A stretch of DNA of 55,493 nucleotides from Paraspadella gotoi (lineage: Eukaryota > Animalia > Chaetognatha). Each line of letters begins with the position of its first letter. Within the stretch, counting starts at the first letter, position 1. Made by a program: the position numbers and the translations under genes. Below the pieces are notes generated by a model. It had not been told where the DNA came from. It saw only the letters and a program-made list of their open reading frames with translations, and did not search any database. The stretch is taken from positions 5,071,869-5,127,361 of the forward strand of contig CM119267.1 in the NCBI GenBank assembly GCA_051294375.1. Reading direction: 5' to 3'. Positions 38,088-51,829 of this stretch are shown here, piece after piece.

Positions 38088-41000
38088 CTCTACTCCGGAA
38101 TGCAAATCATCTTTTCCATAAATTTCCTTTCGCTCGAGTCGATCACTCAATAATTAAACGATTTTTTCCTCGTGGATTTTCGATCCTTGTTCTTCTCTGC
38201 CTCGATCCCCGCTTTTTCTTCGCCCTTATCTCTGCCCTAGTCCCTGCCCTAGTCCTGCCCTAGTCCTGCCCTTATCTCTGCCCTGCGTCCCTGCCTTATC
38301 TACGCCCTGCCGTCCCGCCTACTCCTAGCCCTAGTCCCTGGCCCTTATCTCTGCCCATGTCCCTGCAACTGCTTGCAATATTTCTATTACTATTTGACTC
38401 TCGTTACTTAACATCTATTCGCCATTAGTAAATGATATTGTCCTTTTTTTAAATCATTTATTATTATTTTGTCTGTACGTATCTCTCAGTTCTAATAGCT
38501 ATCATTTTTTTAAAGCATATTTTTTAACTCAGAAACTAATCTTTTGTTTTGAGTTAAAGTGATCTCTTACAATTCTCCCCTATAGTGTTCTTTATATAAA
38601 TACTAAATATCACATTTAATAATTTCTTGACTTTTACTTTCTGCTTTTCTACAATATAAAAACATTTATCCTTACATCATGTCATTCCCCCTGGCGGCCA
38701 TCTGTCTCTCAATTCAATTAGAAATCCTCTCATTCCCTCGTTTACTCTCACACCACTCACACACTCACTCCGCATTCGTCCTCAACTTTTTTTCACAATC
38801 CTTTCTCATTATTCATTTCACTCCAAGGTTTTTTCTCCGCCTTTAATTCATTTTCTCTCTTTTTTTGTATTCTTTGTGAAATGTCAGTGTTTTTTTCACA
38901 TTGTCTCCTTGACTCGTTTTCATTTTTTCTGTCAGTGCTATTCGAATACTTTTGTCATCTTACTAGTAATGAACTTCAAACTTATTAAAAGAATATCATG
39001 TACTACCATCAACTTTCATTAAACAAGCCCCATTAGATGAAGATGATATAATCTAGGGGACATTGAGATGCGTATCAATACATGTGCGACTGAATATTTA
39101 TTATGAAATTGGTACATGCATATTAAAATTAATCCATTCATTCAATAAATATGATATTCGCCAAAAGATTTTGATTTCAAAATTGACGGAAAGAAACAAG
39201 ATTTCCGTTGAGTCAAACTGACGACCATTCGCCGATGACCGACCGACCACCTAGAACCCGATACACTTTAAAAGTCTTTATCAGTTTTTAGTCGCGACTG
39301 GAAAATCCAGAGAAGGCAATCGATAAACACGCTGAGAAAACGTGAGGACTGAATTATTATTGTTTAATCGAGTTGATGTCCGACAGAGAGAGGGATTGCA
39401 TGACGATAATTGGAAAAAGATAATTGGTTCATCTAATCTAATCGAGACAAGTGGCAGAGCTCAGGGGGGGGAATACTGCAGAAATACTATAAAACGTCTA
39501 TATAAACAATAAAATAATAGAAAGTTTTCCATAGAGTGATTGGACAAACGCCCCAATTATATATTGTCATCAGAGTTAAATTTCGACCGGGAGTACTCAA
39601 AACCAAACTGCTCGCCGCACACCTCCGTAGCGGATATCATACCTATTAGAATTTAGGCTATAAAAAAATACAAAAACAATAAAAGACAATAAAAGCATCG
39701 ACGTCCAAGGCGAAGAGCAAAAGAAATTAAGACGCATAAGTCACCTCGGCATCCACCAATCAAATGTCTAATCTCGAATCCGTAAAAACGACTTCGAACC
39801 GTCAGCTCGAATCCAACTCTTCCGTCGGGATCCTCAAACATTTTCTCCCTGTCGAGCGACGGCGGCGGCAGCACCTGCAGCATATCAAACGCCCCGTCGA
39901 ACCTGCCGGAGGATTTTCTCGGCAAGACGTACAAGCGGAATTGCGTGAGGGAGAATTCGCCGTATAGAAATCGGTGATTAGGCGGACGGCTCGAGTTGAA
40001 AGCCCATGCCTGAGCGAGAAAAGTGGTGAATTGAATTGATTGATGATTGATTGATTGAGATTCATTTATTGATTGATGATTGCATGATTAGCGATGTTGT
40101 GTCTCATCTGAATAAAATCTATCATCCTTCCAAACGCTCCATTACAATGTCTAAAATAACTAGACCTCTGCTCGTGCAAAACACAAAGTAAGTCTTCAAC
40201 TCTTCGACGTCGTTATCGTCCGCCTCCCCTTATCCATCGACGCCGACGCCGCCATCTATCCCGTTTCTCCAACGCCGAACCAAAACAGGTCGGCGTTATT
40301 GTGTCCGCCTGTCATGGCGTTCCAACTCGTCCGCATGAAAATCTAGCATTCGACCCGAAAAAAAGAAGGTTCCGCTCGGACGCCAGGCGTTGTTGACAGG
40401 CGGTGCTGACAAGAGACGTCGCCAGGCCGTCGCGGCGAAAGAAATACGGGGGAGAGAATTCGACCGCCGACGCTTTGTTTTGTCGTTTGTCATCATCCGA
40501 CTCGTTTTGAGGAAACGTTTGCTTCGAATTTGACACATCATAGTTTGCTCTTGCGGAACAAACAGAAAAACATTATTATCCTAAATTAAATATATCTATA
40601 ATCTATAATCATAAACAATATCGGGTTTTCTTTCTATACTTTGTTCGTATGTAATCCAAATTACTTTAATAAGTTCAATATAGATTCATATTCGATTATT
40701 CACGTTATATATTAAACGCAACAGGTTGTAACCTTTAAATATATAGAAGTCATCTTGCATCAAGACTCGCTGAATTTCTGCCAATCGCTCAACGTCGCTC
40801 GTTCTCCCTGTGTGAGAACGTTCATCCTCTTCGGTTCTCAGGTTCGGTCTTTCTCCTTCATATTTCTCAAACTCGGCTTTTGAAGCAATTTAAATATCCG
40901 CGATTCCAATGATGTTCGATTTAAAAAGCATTTATATTATGATATTAACACAAATGCTTTAGATGTCAAGCACACAATTGGATGAATAAACTCCCGAGTC

Positions 41001-42645
41001 TAAAGATCCAATGCATGAAAATGCGGTAGCACCTCAATGGAATTAATCAATCAATCAATCATTCAGTCAATCAATCATTCAGTCAATTACCTGTATCCGG
41101 GTCTGACGCGCCGCGAAGAGTTAAGAGTCTCTTCCCTCCCATCGTTACTTGGCAACCGAGGAAGCCAACGATGAGATTGTTCGAGTAGGACAAAAGGCGG
41201 TCGTGGTCGGCCTGCGTGATTATTATTATCATTAATCTTAATTAATTTTTAATTGAACGTAGGATACATTAATTGATTGATTCTTTGCATCAATTTTTTT
41301 TTTCGTCGGTTCCAGTAATATTTAGCAAACAGTAAATAATAATTTACTTTGTTGCTGTTTGTCGATTCCCAACCTGATTGACGAGCCTCTTGAATTCGAC
41401 GTAAAGATGTCGATGCCTCCGTAGAGATTCTCGTCGACCGTGATCTCATCACGCTTCAAGTCTTCCATCGACGACCCGACGAATTGTGCGACATTTAATC
41501 GTCGTCGGTCGTTCTCTTTTCTTATTTATGTAAATGGCTCAATGGTCATGTTTTAGTCAGGGCGGGGCGGCGAGAGAAATGGCGGCCCCTTCCACTGGCC
41601 CCCTTGGCCGGGTCTCACCCTTCCCCCCCGCTCTCTATAATATTAGTTTTTAGTTTTGGATTACCGCTTTCTGCACTTGAGAATTTCTCCAATAATCAAA
41701 CTTTGAAAATTGCTCCAGTCCTCGAACTTCTCTTAATTGCCCCCCCTCTTCGCGCTGCCCCTGGTTTTAGGAACCAGCGGTCACAAGGAATCCAAGTCGT
41801 TTAAGCTCAATTAGATAAATGTTTTAAAGAAAAACAAAGTTTAATTGTTTACAAACAACGTTTTTTTATTTAAAAAAAAAGGACATGTTTCGACTCGACT
41901 TAATTTCGAACTCTTTACTCGACAAATAAGAGTCGAAAATGTCCACGACGACGACGACGACTACGTGCGGCTTCACTGTCTTCATTAAAGGGGATCTTTG
42001 TTGACACCTTTGTGACACCAGGATGTTTTTTTTGGTGATTAGATGACAAAAAAATATTTTTTCGTTCGAACTGTGTATTATAACATCGCAGTTGTTCATT
42101 TTTAAATAAGTTTTTAAGAAAAAAAGTTTTAAGTCCAAAAACCTCTCCAGAATTATATTATAGGAACTCGTAGAAAATATAAAAGTTTAGATTATAAACC
42201 GTGTTTGCGAATCAATTAACGGGCCAAATAGCGCATGAAACTTTTTTAGGTACAGAATAAATCCGATTTTGTCAAAAAAAAAAATTTGCAAAATTTATAT
42301 CGTGCTCTTAATGAAATTATTAAAAAAAAAAAAACCTTAACGCAGACAACGAATCAAAAGGAAAGATTAAATCGGTTTTCCTCTTCAAAAAGTCGCCAAT
42401 CAAATTGATAACAAAATCTGGCAGTCACGTGATTAGTTGCCCAGACTGAAACAAGAAAGAAAAGGATGAGTCGAGGAATTCCAGAGGGTTGCTTCGTACA
42501 ACGATTTCCACTGTGGAATGTGAAATCGTTTTCCTTTATCCGGAGCCTCTATAATTTGATTGTTTAAAAAAAATATATAAAGATAATTTAAAATAGAATA
42601 TAATTTCCGTTATTCTATAATCTATTTCTATAAGAGAATATAATG

Positions 42646-42676
<31 letters not shown>

Positions 42677-43459
42677 GACTCTCGTCTCTCTCTCTCTCTC
42701 TCTCTCTCTATTGATTCTCCTGGTGCTCTGAATCAACACCCGAACTTTCAACTCTTCCCGCTTCGTTTTTCATCTTCGCTTTCATTCTTCCTCACTCTTT
42801 TTCTCTTTCCTTTTTTTCTTCTTTCTTTTCCTTTACTTTTTCCTCAGTTTTTATTTCTTCTTTCCTTTTTTTCCTTTCTTTCCTTTACTTTTCCTCAGTT
42901 TCTTTATTTTCTTCTTTCCTTTTTTCTCCTTCTTTCCTTTACTTTTTCTCAGTTCTTTAATTTTCTTCTTTCCTTTTCTTTCATCCTTTCTTTTCCTTTA
43001 CTTTTCCTCAGTTTCTATTTTCTTCTTCCTTTTTTTCTCCTTTCTTTCCTTTACTCTTTCCTCAGTTTCTTATTTTCTTCTTTCCTTTTTTTTCTCCTAT
43101 TCTTTTCCTTACTCTTTCTCCAGTTTCTTATTTTCTTCTTTACTTTTTTTCTCCTTTCTTTTCCTTACTTTTTCCTCAGTTTCTTATTTCTCTTTCCTTT
43201 TTTTTCTCCTTTCTTTTCTTTACTGTTCCTCAGTTCCTTTATTTTGCTTTCCTTTTTTTATTTTTCTCCTCTTTTCCTTTACTTTTTCCTCAGTTTCTTG
43301 ATTTTTCTTTCCTTTTCTCCTTTCTTTTACCTTTACTTTCCTCAGTTCTTTATTTCTCTTTCTTTTTTCCTCCCCTTTTAACTTTCCTCTCTTTTCTTCC
43401 GTGTTTTTTTCTATAATTTTCCCCTTTTTACATTTTTCACGCATTATCCTCTCTCTTTT
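34774..43459. repeat. ~8.6-kb repeated unit, copy B
   Basis: Appears base-identical to copy A over ~38155-43459 vs ~21180-26483 and ~35080-36170 vs ~18230-19320. Starts right after a 25-N gap. Confidence 0.97.
39760..41494 (-). CDS. NAT16-like: NAT16-like GNAT, copy B (same indels as copy A)
   Basis: Copy A plus 16976, with identical translated fragments in the ORF track. Confidence 0.72.
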
Positions 43460-43726
43460 ACGATATTTTTATGCGCATAAAACGTCGATATCTGAGGAGA
43501 GCAGCAACGAGGACAACAACGACAACAACAACAACGAAATATCGGATGATAGAAAAAAAAATGGCAGCGAAAATTGGAGAGGAGAAAAAAAAGAGGAATG
43601 AAAAAAAAATGATAAAAATTAAGATCGATAAATGTTTTTTTATTATTAATTTTATCTCTTTCGCGCCAAATCCTTTTCAAAAACATATAAACAGGGCCTG
43701 CCTCTCTCTCTCTCTCTCTCTCTCCT

Positions 43727-43763
<37 letters not shown>

Positions 43764-44511
43764 ACCCCGAGGGTCTCTACACCAGCAAGGCGCGGACCCT
43801 AAAAGGTACTCGGTTACCATAATCAGTTTAAGGCGGACGCCAAAATTGAACACTTTTATAACTTTTAATTTCTCAAAAGAAATTTCCTTTTTTTCCATCG
43901 AATTACTAATCGATTTTCAATGCAACTTGCTTGAATTACGTCATTGGTGTCTGCACTGAAGCTTTTAAATATTTATTAAATATAACAAATGACAAAAATT
44001 TTTTTAAAAAAAGTTTAGTTAAGAACGGATGTCCTATAAGCTTTGAAAAGTAATGAAGTTACGACTACTACAATATTTTAAAATTTTGACAAGAAATTGG
44101 TTAAAAAAGAAAAAAAACGTTTAAAAAATCATTCCAATCATCATCATCATTGCCGGCTGAATTTCTAGTTTTTTAAAATTTTATCAATAAAACAAAAAAA
44201 AATTTTTAAAATTTGTATTAATAACCTTTATCTAAACTTTTTAAAGCTCTATTCAGAAATCATTTAAAAAAAATTGCAAAAATTAAAAAAAAATTTTTAA
44301 CAAATATATTAATAGTAATAAAATAATCTTTAAATGCTTCCGTGCGCTTATTAAAAATTAATTTCTTTAAAATTATTTTTTATTTTCATATTCTACTCAC
44401 TTTATCATTATTATGAGAGAACATTCTAGTTTTCAAACCTCTTCGGAGCCTAATAATTCAGTGTCAAAGATCGCAGGCAGCCGACGCCCGAAATGACTTC
44501 ACAAAGAGAGG

Positions 44512-44584
<73 letters not shown>

Positions 44585-46191
44585 GAAACGTATTTCTGAG
44601 TTGAGGGTAATGCCGGAAAAAACCCTCGTCTAGCTTCAGGCGCTGAATTTGTTATCCTCGTCAATTCTCATATGTACTTACGTACTAGTTTTATTTAGGT
44701 TTAAATGATTCCGGTCGAAATATATCTGGTCGATCTATCAGTCACTTTGTAGGTTCGTTGGTCTTTCGATCAGTTCCGGTGTTCAATCAGAAAGATACCG
44801 CGTCATGTGACGTTGCCGCTGTAAAACGTTTCCAATTGGAACTGTGTGTTTGGTAACTGAAATGGTGATATCTGATTGGTCATTGACAATTGGTTTCTTA
44901 ATCTTGGCTTCGACATCGACATAAGTTGTTAAAATATCGGATTGCTACAATATTCGTTTAAAAGGGTTTATAAATGTTTAAACAATCAACGCGATATTAA
45001 ATAAATTATTAAAGATTAATAAATTATCTCTTTTAATAATTAAAGCCGATTTTTTTTTTTAAATTTAAAAAGCAGAATTTCATTTCCCGCCGATTTTTTC
45101 GTTTCTAATGATTTTTCGTCTCCGGCGTTGCTCTTTTTTTTTGTTTTCGACATCATTCATCATTCCTTTTGTTCAACAAACAAGCACCTGATTCTCTTCT
45201 CCGCCGCCAGGTTTGCTCTCGGCGTTGTCAATGGCGTTCGTTGTTTATTCATAGCGTCTCATTTTTTTTTTCGCCACCAGGTCATTGACGATAGCGTTGT
45301 ATCGCAAGACGACGTTTGTTCTCGCCACAAAGATATCAAAGCCAAAGCAAATGTACTTGCCCTGTCATTGATGTCGTTTATGTCAAAGTCTTAAATGTCA
45401 TTTGCAAAAGATATTCTTGTCTCTCATTGATTTTGTATTTGACGTCATTGACGACGCTGCATTTCTAAGAAATGCGTTTCTCTCGTCTCCAGTTTTTTTT
45501 TTAATTTTCGCAAAATCTTTTTAGACTCTTTTCTTGGAAGCTTCTTCTACGTCTTTGTTGTTGTTGTTGTTGTCGTTGTAGTGTTTCACTTTCGGGTTCA
45601 TTGTTCGTCATCGTCGTTGTTTTTATCGTCGTCGTCATCACCGTCATAGATAAGTTTGGTTGTTGGAAAATTTTTGTAATTTTAATTTTTTAAATTTTTT
45701 TCTAATTATAGCCCCTTTCAAATCTTTAATAACGATTCGATTATCGGTAAAATTATTTTATTCTTGTATAAAACCAGATTAAAAAAACACTGCGGTGTCA
45801 AGAATTAAATTCGAACCCAAATACTGTAAAAAAAAAAATTAATTGAAAAGAGAATAAAAACTAGTAAATCGAATCTGTGATTCCCTCGCGCGAATCACCC
45901 AAAAAAATATTTTGGTTTAAAAAATGTGAAAGTGAGAAAGAAAGAAAAACCCGGACGAGAGTGCGAGTAGACGAAATACATTTCTCATTAGAATTTCATT
46001 CAAAGTCTCGACTCTCAGAATCCTTTTCTTTTCCTTAGTTTCTTTTACTCTTTCCTTTTTTTTCTTTCCTTATCTTTCTTTTTGCTTCTTCGCGCTTTTG
46101 TTTTTCTTCGTGTAGCACAAACACGAGGAAAGAGGTCGCGCCTGTCAGTTCGGGAGACCCGCTCCCCCCCGTAATCAATTCATGAAACGCG

Positions 46192-46259
<68 letters not shown>

Positions 46260-47861
46260 GCTCTTCTCTCTCTCTCTCTCCTGAATGCAAATCATCTTTT
46301 CCATAAATTTCTTCGCTCGATCGATCATCAAAATTAAACGATTTTTTTTTCCTCGTGGATTTTCGATCCTTGTTTCTTCTCTGTCTCGATCCCCGCTTTT
46401 TTCTTCGCCCTTATCTCTGCCCAGGTCCCTGCCCTAGTCCCTGCCCTTATCTCTGCCCTAATCCCTGCAACTGCTTGCAATATTTTCTTATACTATTGGA
46501 CTCTCGTTACTTATCTACTGCCATTAGTAATGATATTTGTCTTTTTTTTAAATCATTTATTATTATTTTGTCCATACGTATTCTCTCAGTTCTAATAGTA
46601 TCATTTTTTTAAAGCATATTCTCCTATAGTGTCTTTATATAAATATAAATATTCATCATTTAATTTTAATTTTCTTGACTTTTACTTCTGCTTTTCTTTT
46701 TACAATATATAAAACATTTTATCTTACATCATGGTCATTCCCCCTGGCGGCCATCTTTCTCTCAATTCAATTATGAAATCCTCTCATTCCCTCGTTTACT
46801 CTCACACACTCACACACTCACTCCGCACTCGTCCTCACTTTTTTTCACAATCCTTTCTCATTATTCATTTTCACTCCAAGGTTTTTCTCCGCCTTTAATT
46901 TCATTTTTTCTCTCTTTTTTTTGTATTTCTTTGTGAAATGTCAGTTTGTTTTTTTCACATTTTGTCTCCTTGACTCGTTTTCATTTTTTCTGTCAGTGCT
47001 ATTCAGAATACTTTTTGTCATCTTACTAGTAATGAACTTCAAAAACTTATTAAAGAGAATATCATGTACTACATCAACTTTCATTAAAACAGCCGCTTAG
47101 ATGAAGATGAATATAATCTATGGGGACATGAGATGCGTATTCAATACATTGCGACTGGAATATTTTATATGAAATTGGTACATGCAATATTAAAATTATC
47201 CATTCATTCAATAAATATGATATTCGCCAAAGATTTTGATTTCAAAATTGACGGAAAGAAACAAGATTTTCGTTGAGTCAAACTGACCGACCATTCGCCC
47301 GACTGACCGACCATTCGCCCGACTGACCGACCATTCGCCCGACTGACCGACCGACCACCTAGTAAACCCGATATACTTTAAAGTCTTTATCAGTTTTTAG
47401 TCGCGACTGGAAATCCAGAGAAGGCGAATCGATAAACACGCTGAGGAAAACGTGAGTCTGAATTTATTATTGTTTTATCGGAGTTGATGTCCGACAGAGA
47501 GAGGGATTGATGACGATATTGGAAAAAGATAATTGGTTCATTAATCTAATCGAGACAAGTGGCAGAGCTAGGGGGGGGGGAATACTGAGAAATACTATAA
47601 AACGGTCTATATAAACAATAAACTAAGTAGAAAGTTTTCATAGAGTGTTGGACAACCGCCCAATTATATATTGTCATCAGAGTTAAATTTTGAATCTCAA
47701 AATAAACTGTGGCCGCACACCTCCGTAGCGATATCATACCTATTAGAATTTATGGCTATTAAAAAAATACAAAACAATAAAAGACAATAAAAGCAATCGA
47801 ACGTCCAATGGAGAAGAGCAAAAGAATTAGACGCTATAACGTCACCTTCGGCATCCACCAA

Positions 47862-48100
47862 TCAAATGTCTATCTCGAATCCGTAAAACGACTTCGAATC
47901 CGTCAGCTCGAATCCCAACTCCTCCGTCGGGATCCTCAACATTTTCTCCCTGTCGGGCGACGGCGGCGGCAGCACCTGCAGCATATCGAACGCCCCGTCG
48001 AACCTGCGGAGGATTTCTCGGAGGTGAAGGCGGAATTGGTGGAGGGAGAATTCGCCGTAGAAATCGGTGATTAGGCGGACGCTCGAGTTGAAGCCCATGC
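47862..48100 (-). CDS. NAT16-like: NAT16-like exon 5 (last)
   Basis: Acceptor cttttctcctcag; (G)MGFNSSVRLITDFYGEFSLHQFRLHLREILRRFDG...LGFELTDSKSFYGFEIDI*. Confidence 0.85.
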
Positions 48101-48121
48101 CTGAGGAGAAAAGGTGGGTGA

Positions 48122-48160
<39 letters not shown>

Positions 48161-49580
48161 CATTGATTGATTGATTGATTGATTGCGTGTGTGTCTCATC
48201 TGAATAAATCTATCTCCTTCCAAAGACGCTCCATTCAATGTCTAAAATAAACTGACCTCTGCTCGTGCAAAAGGTAAGTCTTCGAACTTCTTCGACGTCT
48301 TCGTCGCTCCCCTTTCCATCGACGCCGACGCCGCCATCTTCCCGGTCTCTCCAACGCCCCGAAACCAAACAGGCGGCGTTGTTGTGTCCGCCTGTCATGG
48401 CGTCCAACTCGTCCGGATGAAAATCTAGCATTCGACCCGAAAAAAAGAAGGTTCCGCTCGGCGCCAGGCGTTGTTGACAGGCGGTGCTGGACAAGAGACG
48501 TCGCCAGGCGTCGCGCGAAAGAAATCGGGGGAGAGATTCGACGCCGACGTCTTTGTTGTTGTCGTTGTCATCATCGACGTCGTTTTGAGGAAACGTTTGC
48601 TTCGAATTTGACACATCATAGTTTGCTCTTGCGGAACAAACAGAAAAACATTATTATCTATAATAAATATATCTATAATCTATAATATAAACAAATATGG
48701 GTTTTTTCTTCTATACTTTTTTCGTTGTATCAAATTACTTTAATAAGTTCTATAGAAATATCATATTCGATTATTCACGTTTTTATAAACGCAACAGGTT
48801 GTAAACCTTTTAAATATATAGAAGTCATCTTGCATCAAGACTCGCTGAATTCTGGCCAATCGCTCAACGTGCTCGTTCTCCCTGAGGACGGTCATCCTCT
48901 TCGTTCTCAGGTTCGGTCTTTCCTCCTTCATTATTTCGCAAACTCGGTTTTGAAGCAATTTGAAATATCCGCGATTCCTAATGATGTTCGATTTAAAAAG
49001 CATTCATATTAATGATATTGATTAAACAAATGCTTTAGATGTCAAGCACTACGAATTGGATGAATAACTCCCGAGGTCTAAAAGATCAATGCATAAAATG
49101 AGGTAGCTACCTAAATGGATTCAATCAATCGATCAATCATTCAGTCAATCAATCATTCAGTCAATTACCTGTGATCCGGTCTGACGCGCCGCGAAGAGTT
49201 AAGAGTCTCTTCCCTCCCATCTTACTGGCACCGAGGAAGCCAACGATGAATTGTTACGAGTAGGACAAAAGGCGGTCGTGGTCGGCCTGCGTTGAATTGA
49301 TTATTTATCATTAATCTTAATTAATTTTTAATTGAACGTAGGATACATTAATTGATTGATTCTTTGCATCAATTTTTTTTTTCGTCGGTTCCAGTAATAT
49401 TTAGCAAACAGTAAATAAATAAATTTTTACTTTGTTGCTGTTTGTCGATTCCCAACCTGATTGACGAGCCTCTTGAATTCGACGTAAAGATGTCGATGCC
49501 TCCGTAGAGATTCTCGTCGACCGTGATCTCCATCACGGCTTCAAGTCTTCCATCGACGCCCGACGAATTGTGACCGACAT
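47862..49580 (-). CDS. NAT16-like: NAT16/histidine N-acetyltransferase-like GNAT, copy C (best preserved; composite ~342 aa)
   Basis: Exons 49580-49457, 49286-49169, 48977-48807, 48627-48257 and 48100-47862, all GT-AG. Exons 3-5 splice in frame. Motifs match NAT16 as I recall it: LYGGIDYL (cf. IYGGLDYL), RVRPGYRNRGYFKLLQ (cf. RVAPWERGKGVAGLLQ), RRLLSSTACQQRLAPSGTF (cf. RLLLSPSVQRDVLPGGTI), RLTFCT (cf. VLTLCT), C-terminal LGFEL...FEIDI* (cf. LGLEL...LEADI*). Exons 1-2 carry small indels here. Orthology is not established. Confidence 0.85.
48257..48627 (-). CDS. NAT16-like: NAT16-like exon 4
   Basis: Acceptor tgtttgttccgcaag, donor AGAG|gtcagt; 371 nt, open, phase-compatible with exons 3 and 5. 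Confidence 0.82.
48807..48977 (-). CDS. NAT16-like: NAT16-like exon 3
   Basis: Acceptor atcattag, donor AAAG|gtttac; 171 nt; NRGYFKLLQNRVCEIMKEERPNLRTKRMTV...DFYIFK. Confidence 0.82.
49169..49286 (-). CDS. NAT16-like: NAT16-like exon 2 (indels)
   Basis: Acceptor acgcag, donor CAG|gtaatt. Length is 118 nt here and 121 nt in copy A; 3n+2 is needed. Confidence 0.7.
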
Positions 49581-51829
49581 TTAATCGTCGTCGGTCTTCT
49601 CTTTTCTTATTTTGTAAATGGCTCAATGGTCATGTTTTAGTCAGGGCGGGGCGGCGAGAGAAATGCGGCGGCCCTCCACTGGCCCCCTGGCCGGGTCCAC
49701 TCCTTCCCCCCCGCTCTCTATTTTAGTTTTTAGTTTGATTACCGAACTTTCTGCCCTTGAGAATTTCTCCAATAATCAAACTTTGAAAATTGCTCCAGTG
49801 CCTCGAACTTCTTCTTAATATGGTCTCCCCCCTCTCGCGCTGCCCCTGGTTTTAGGAACCAGCGTCACAAGGAATCAAGTCGTTTACAGCTCAATTAGAT
49901 TAAATTTTAAAGAAAAACAAAGTTTAATTGTTTACAAACAACGTTTTTTTATTTAAAAAAAAAAAGGACATGTTTCGACTCGAACTTAATTTCGACTCTT
50001 TACTCGACAAATAAGAGTCGTAAAATGTCACGACGACGACGACGACGGACTACGTTGCGGCTTCACTGTCATTTCGATAAAGGGGATCTTTGCTGACACC
50101 TTTGTGACACCAGGATGTTTTTTTTTTGTGTGATTAGATGACAAAAAATATTTTTTTCGTTCGAACTGTGTATTATAACATCGCAGTTGTTCAATTTTTA
50201 AATAAGTTTTTAAGAAAAAAAGTTTTAAGTCCAAAACCTCTCCAGAATTATATTATAGGAACTCGCTAAAAATATAAAAGTTTAATTATAAACCGTGTTG
50301 CGAATCAATTAACGGGCAAATAGCGCATGAAACTTTTTTAGGTACAGAATAAAATCCGATTTTTTCAAAAAAAAAAAATTTGCAAAGATTTATATTTCGT
50401 GCTCTTAATGAAATTATTAAAAAAAAAAAAACCTTAACGAGACAACGAATCAAAAGGAAGATTAAAATCGGGTTTTCCTCTTCAAAAAGTCGCCAATCAA
50501 GATTTGATAACAAAATCTGGGCAGTCACGTGATTAGTGCCCAGACTGAAACAAGAAAGAAAAAGGATGAGTCGAGGAATTCCAGAGGGTGCCTTCTACAA
50601 CGATTTCCACTGTGAATGTGAAATCGTTTTCCTTTATCCGGAGCTCTATAATTTGATTGTTTAAAAAAAATATATAAAAGATAATTTAAAATAGAATATA
50701 ATTTCCGTTATTCTATTAATCTATTTCAGTATACACGTAATACTACAGAATAATTAATGGTTTTTCTCTCTCTCTTCTCTCTCTCTCGACTCTCGTCTCT
50801 CTCTCTCTCTCTCTCTCTCTATTTGATGATCTCCTGATAGAGCTGAAGTCTAACACCCGAACATTCAACTTCCGCTTTAAAATTCCTTTCTAGAAATTAA
50901 AAAATATATCATCGGAGAGATGTAGTGTTAATTTTTTCTATTTGCACACTTTCTAATTAAAAAAGATCTCTTGTGTACACTTTTGGCTTTACTCTAATTA
51001 AAATCAATTTTTCCTTCTATTTATAAATTTTACTAGTACCATAGAATTTTTTTCTTGAATATTCTTTATTCTATTTCGTTGGCTTCTCACTAAATTTTAC
51101 CCATCCAAGGGCTCTATTATATCTTAAGATATATTACCCTTTTTCTTCTTCTCCTTCTCTCTTTCCTTTCTCTCTCCTTATTATCTTGTCTCACTCACAC
51201 GACTTCAACTTCCGTTCGTTTTCATTTCGTTCATTTCTTCCACTATCCTATTTCTTCTTTCCTTCTTTCCTTTACTTTTTCTCAGTTCTTTTTTTCTTCT
51301 TTCCTTTTCTTTTCATCCTTTCTTTTCCTTTACTCTTTCCTCAGTTTCTATATTTCTTCTTCCTTTTTTTCTCCTTTCTTTTCCTTTACTCTTTCCTCAG
51401 TTTCTTTATTTTCTTCTTTACCTTTTTTTTCTCTATTCTTTTCCTTACTTCTTTCCTCAGTTTCTTTTTTCTTCTTTTACTTTTTTTCTCTTTCTTTTCC
51501 TTTACTTTTCCTCAGTTTCTTTATTTCTCTTCACTTTTTTTTCTCCTTTCTTTTCCTTTACTCTTTCCCAGTTTCTTTATTTTGCTTTCCTTTTTTTTTT
51601 TCTCCTCTTTTCCTTTACTTTTTCCTCAGTTTCTTATATTTTCTTTACTTTTTTCTCCTTCTCTTTTCCTTTACTTTTCCTCAGTTTCTTTATTTTCTTC
51701 TTTCTCTTCTTTTCCTCCCCTTTTAACTTTCCTCTCTTTTCTTCCGTGTTTTTTTCTATAATTTTCCCCTTTTTACATTTTTCACGCATTATCCTCTCTC
51801 TTTTNNNNNNNNNNNNNNNNNNNNNNNNN

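Larger units (their letters stand above)
43460..51804. repeat. Repeated unit, copy C (independent error pattern)
   Basis: Starts at the equivalent of ~18317 and ends at the same ...cacgcattatcctctctctttt before a 25-N gap. Confidence 0.95.

Noticed and set aside
49369-49626. ORF starting MSHLQNKK as the gene start
   Set aside because: Arises from deletions in copy C exon 1. Copy D shows an in-frame TAA just upstream of the ATG of MSVTIRRA.
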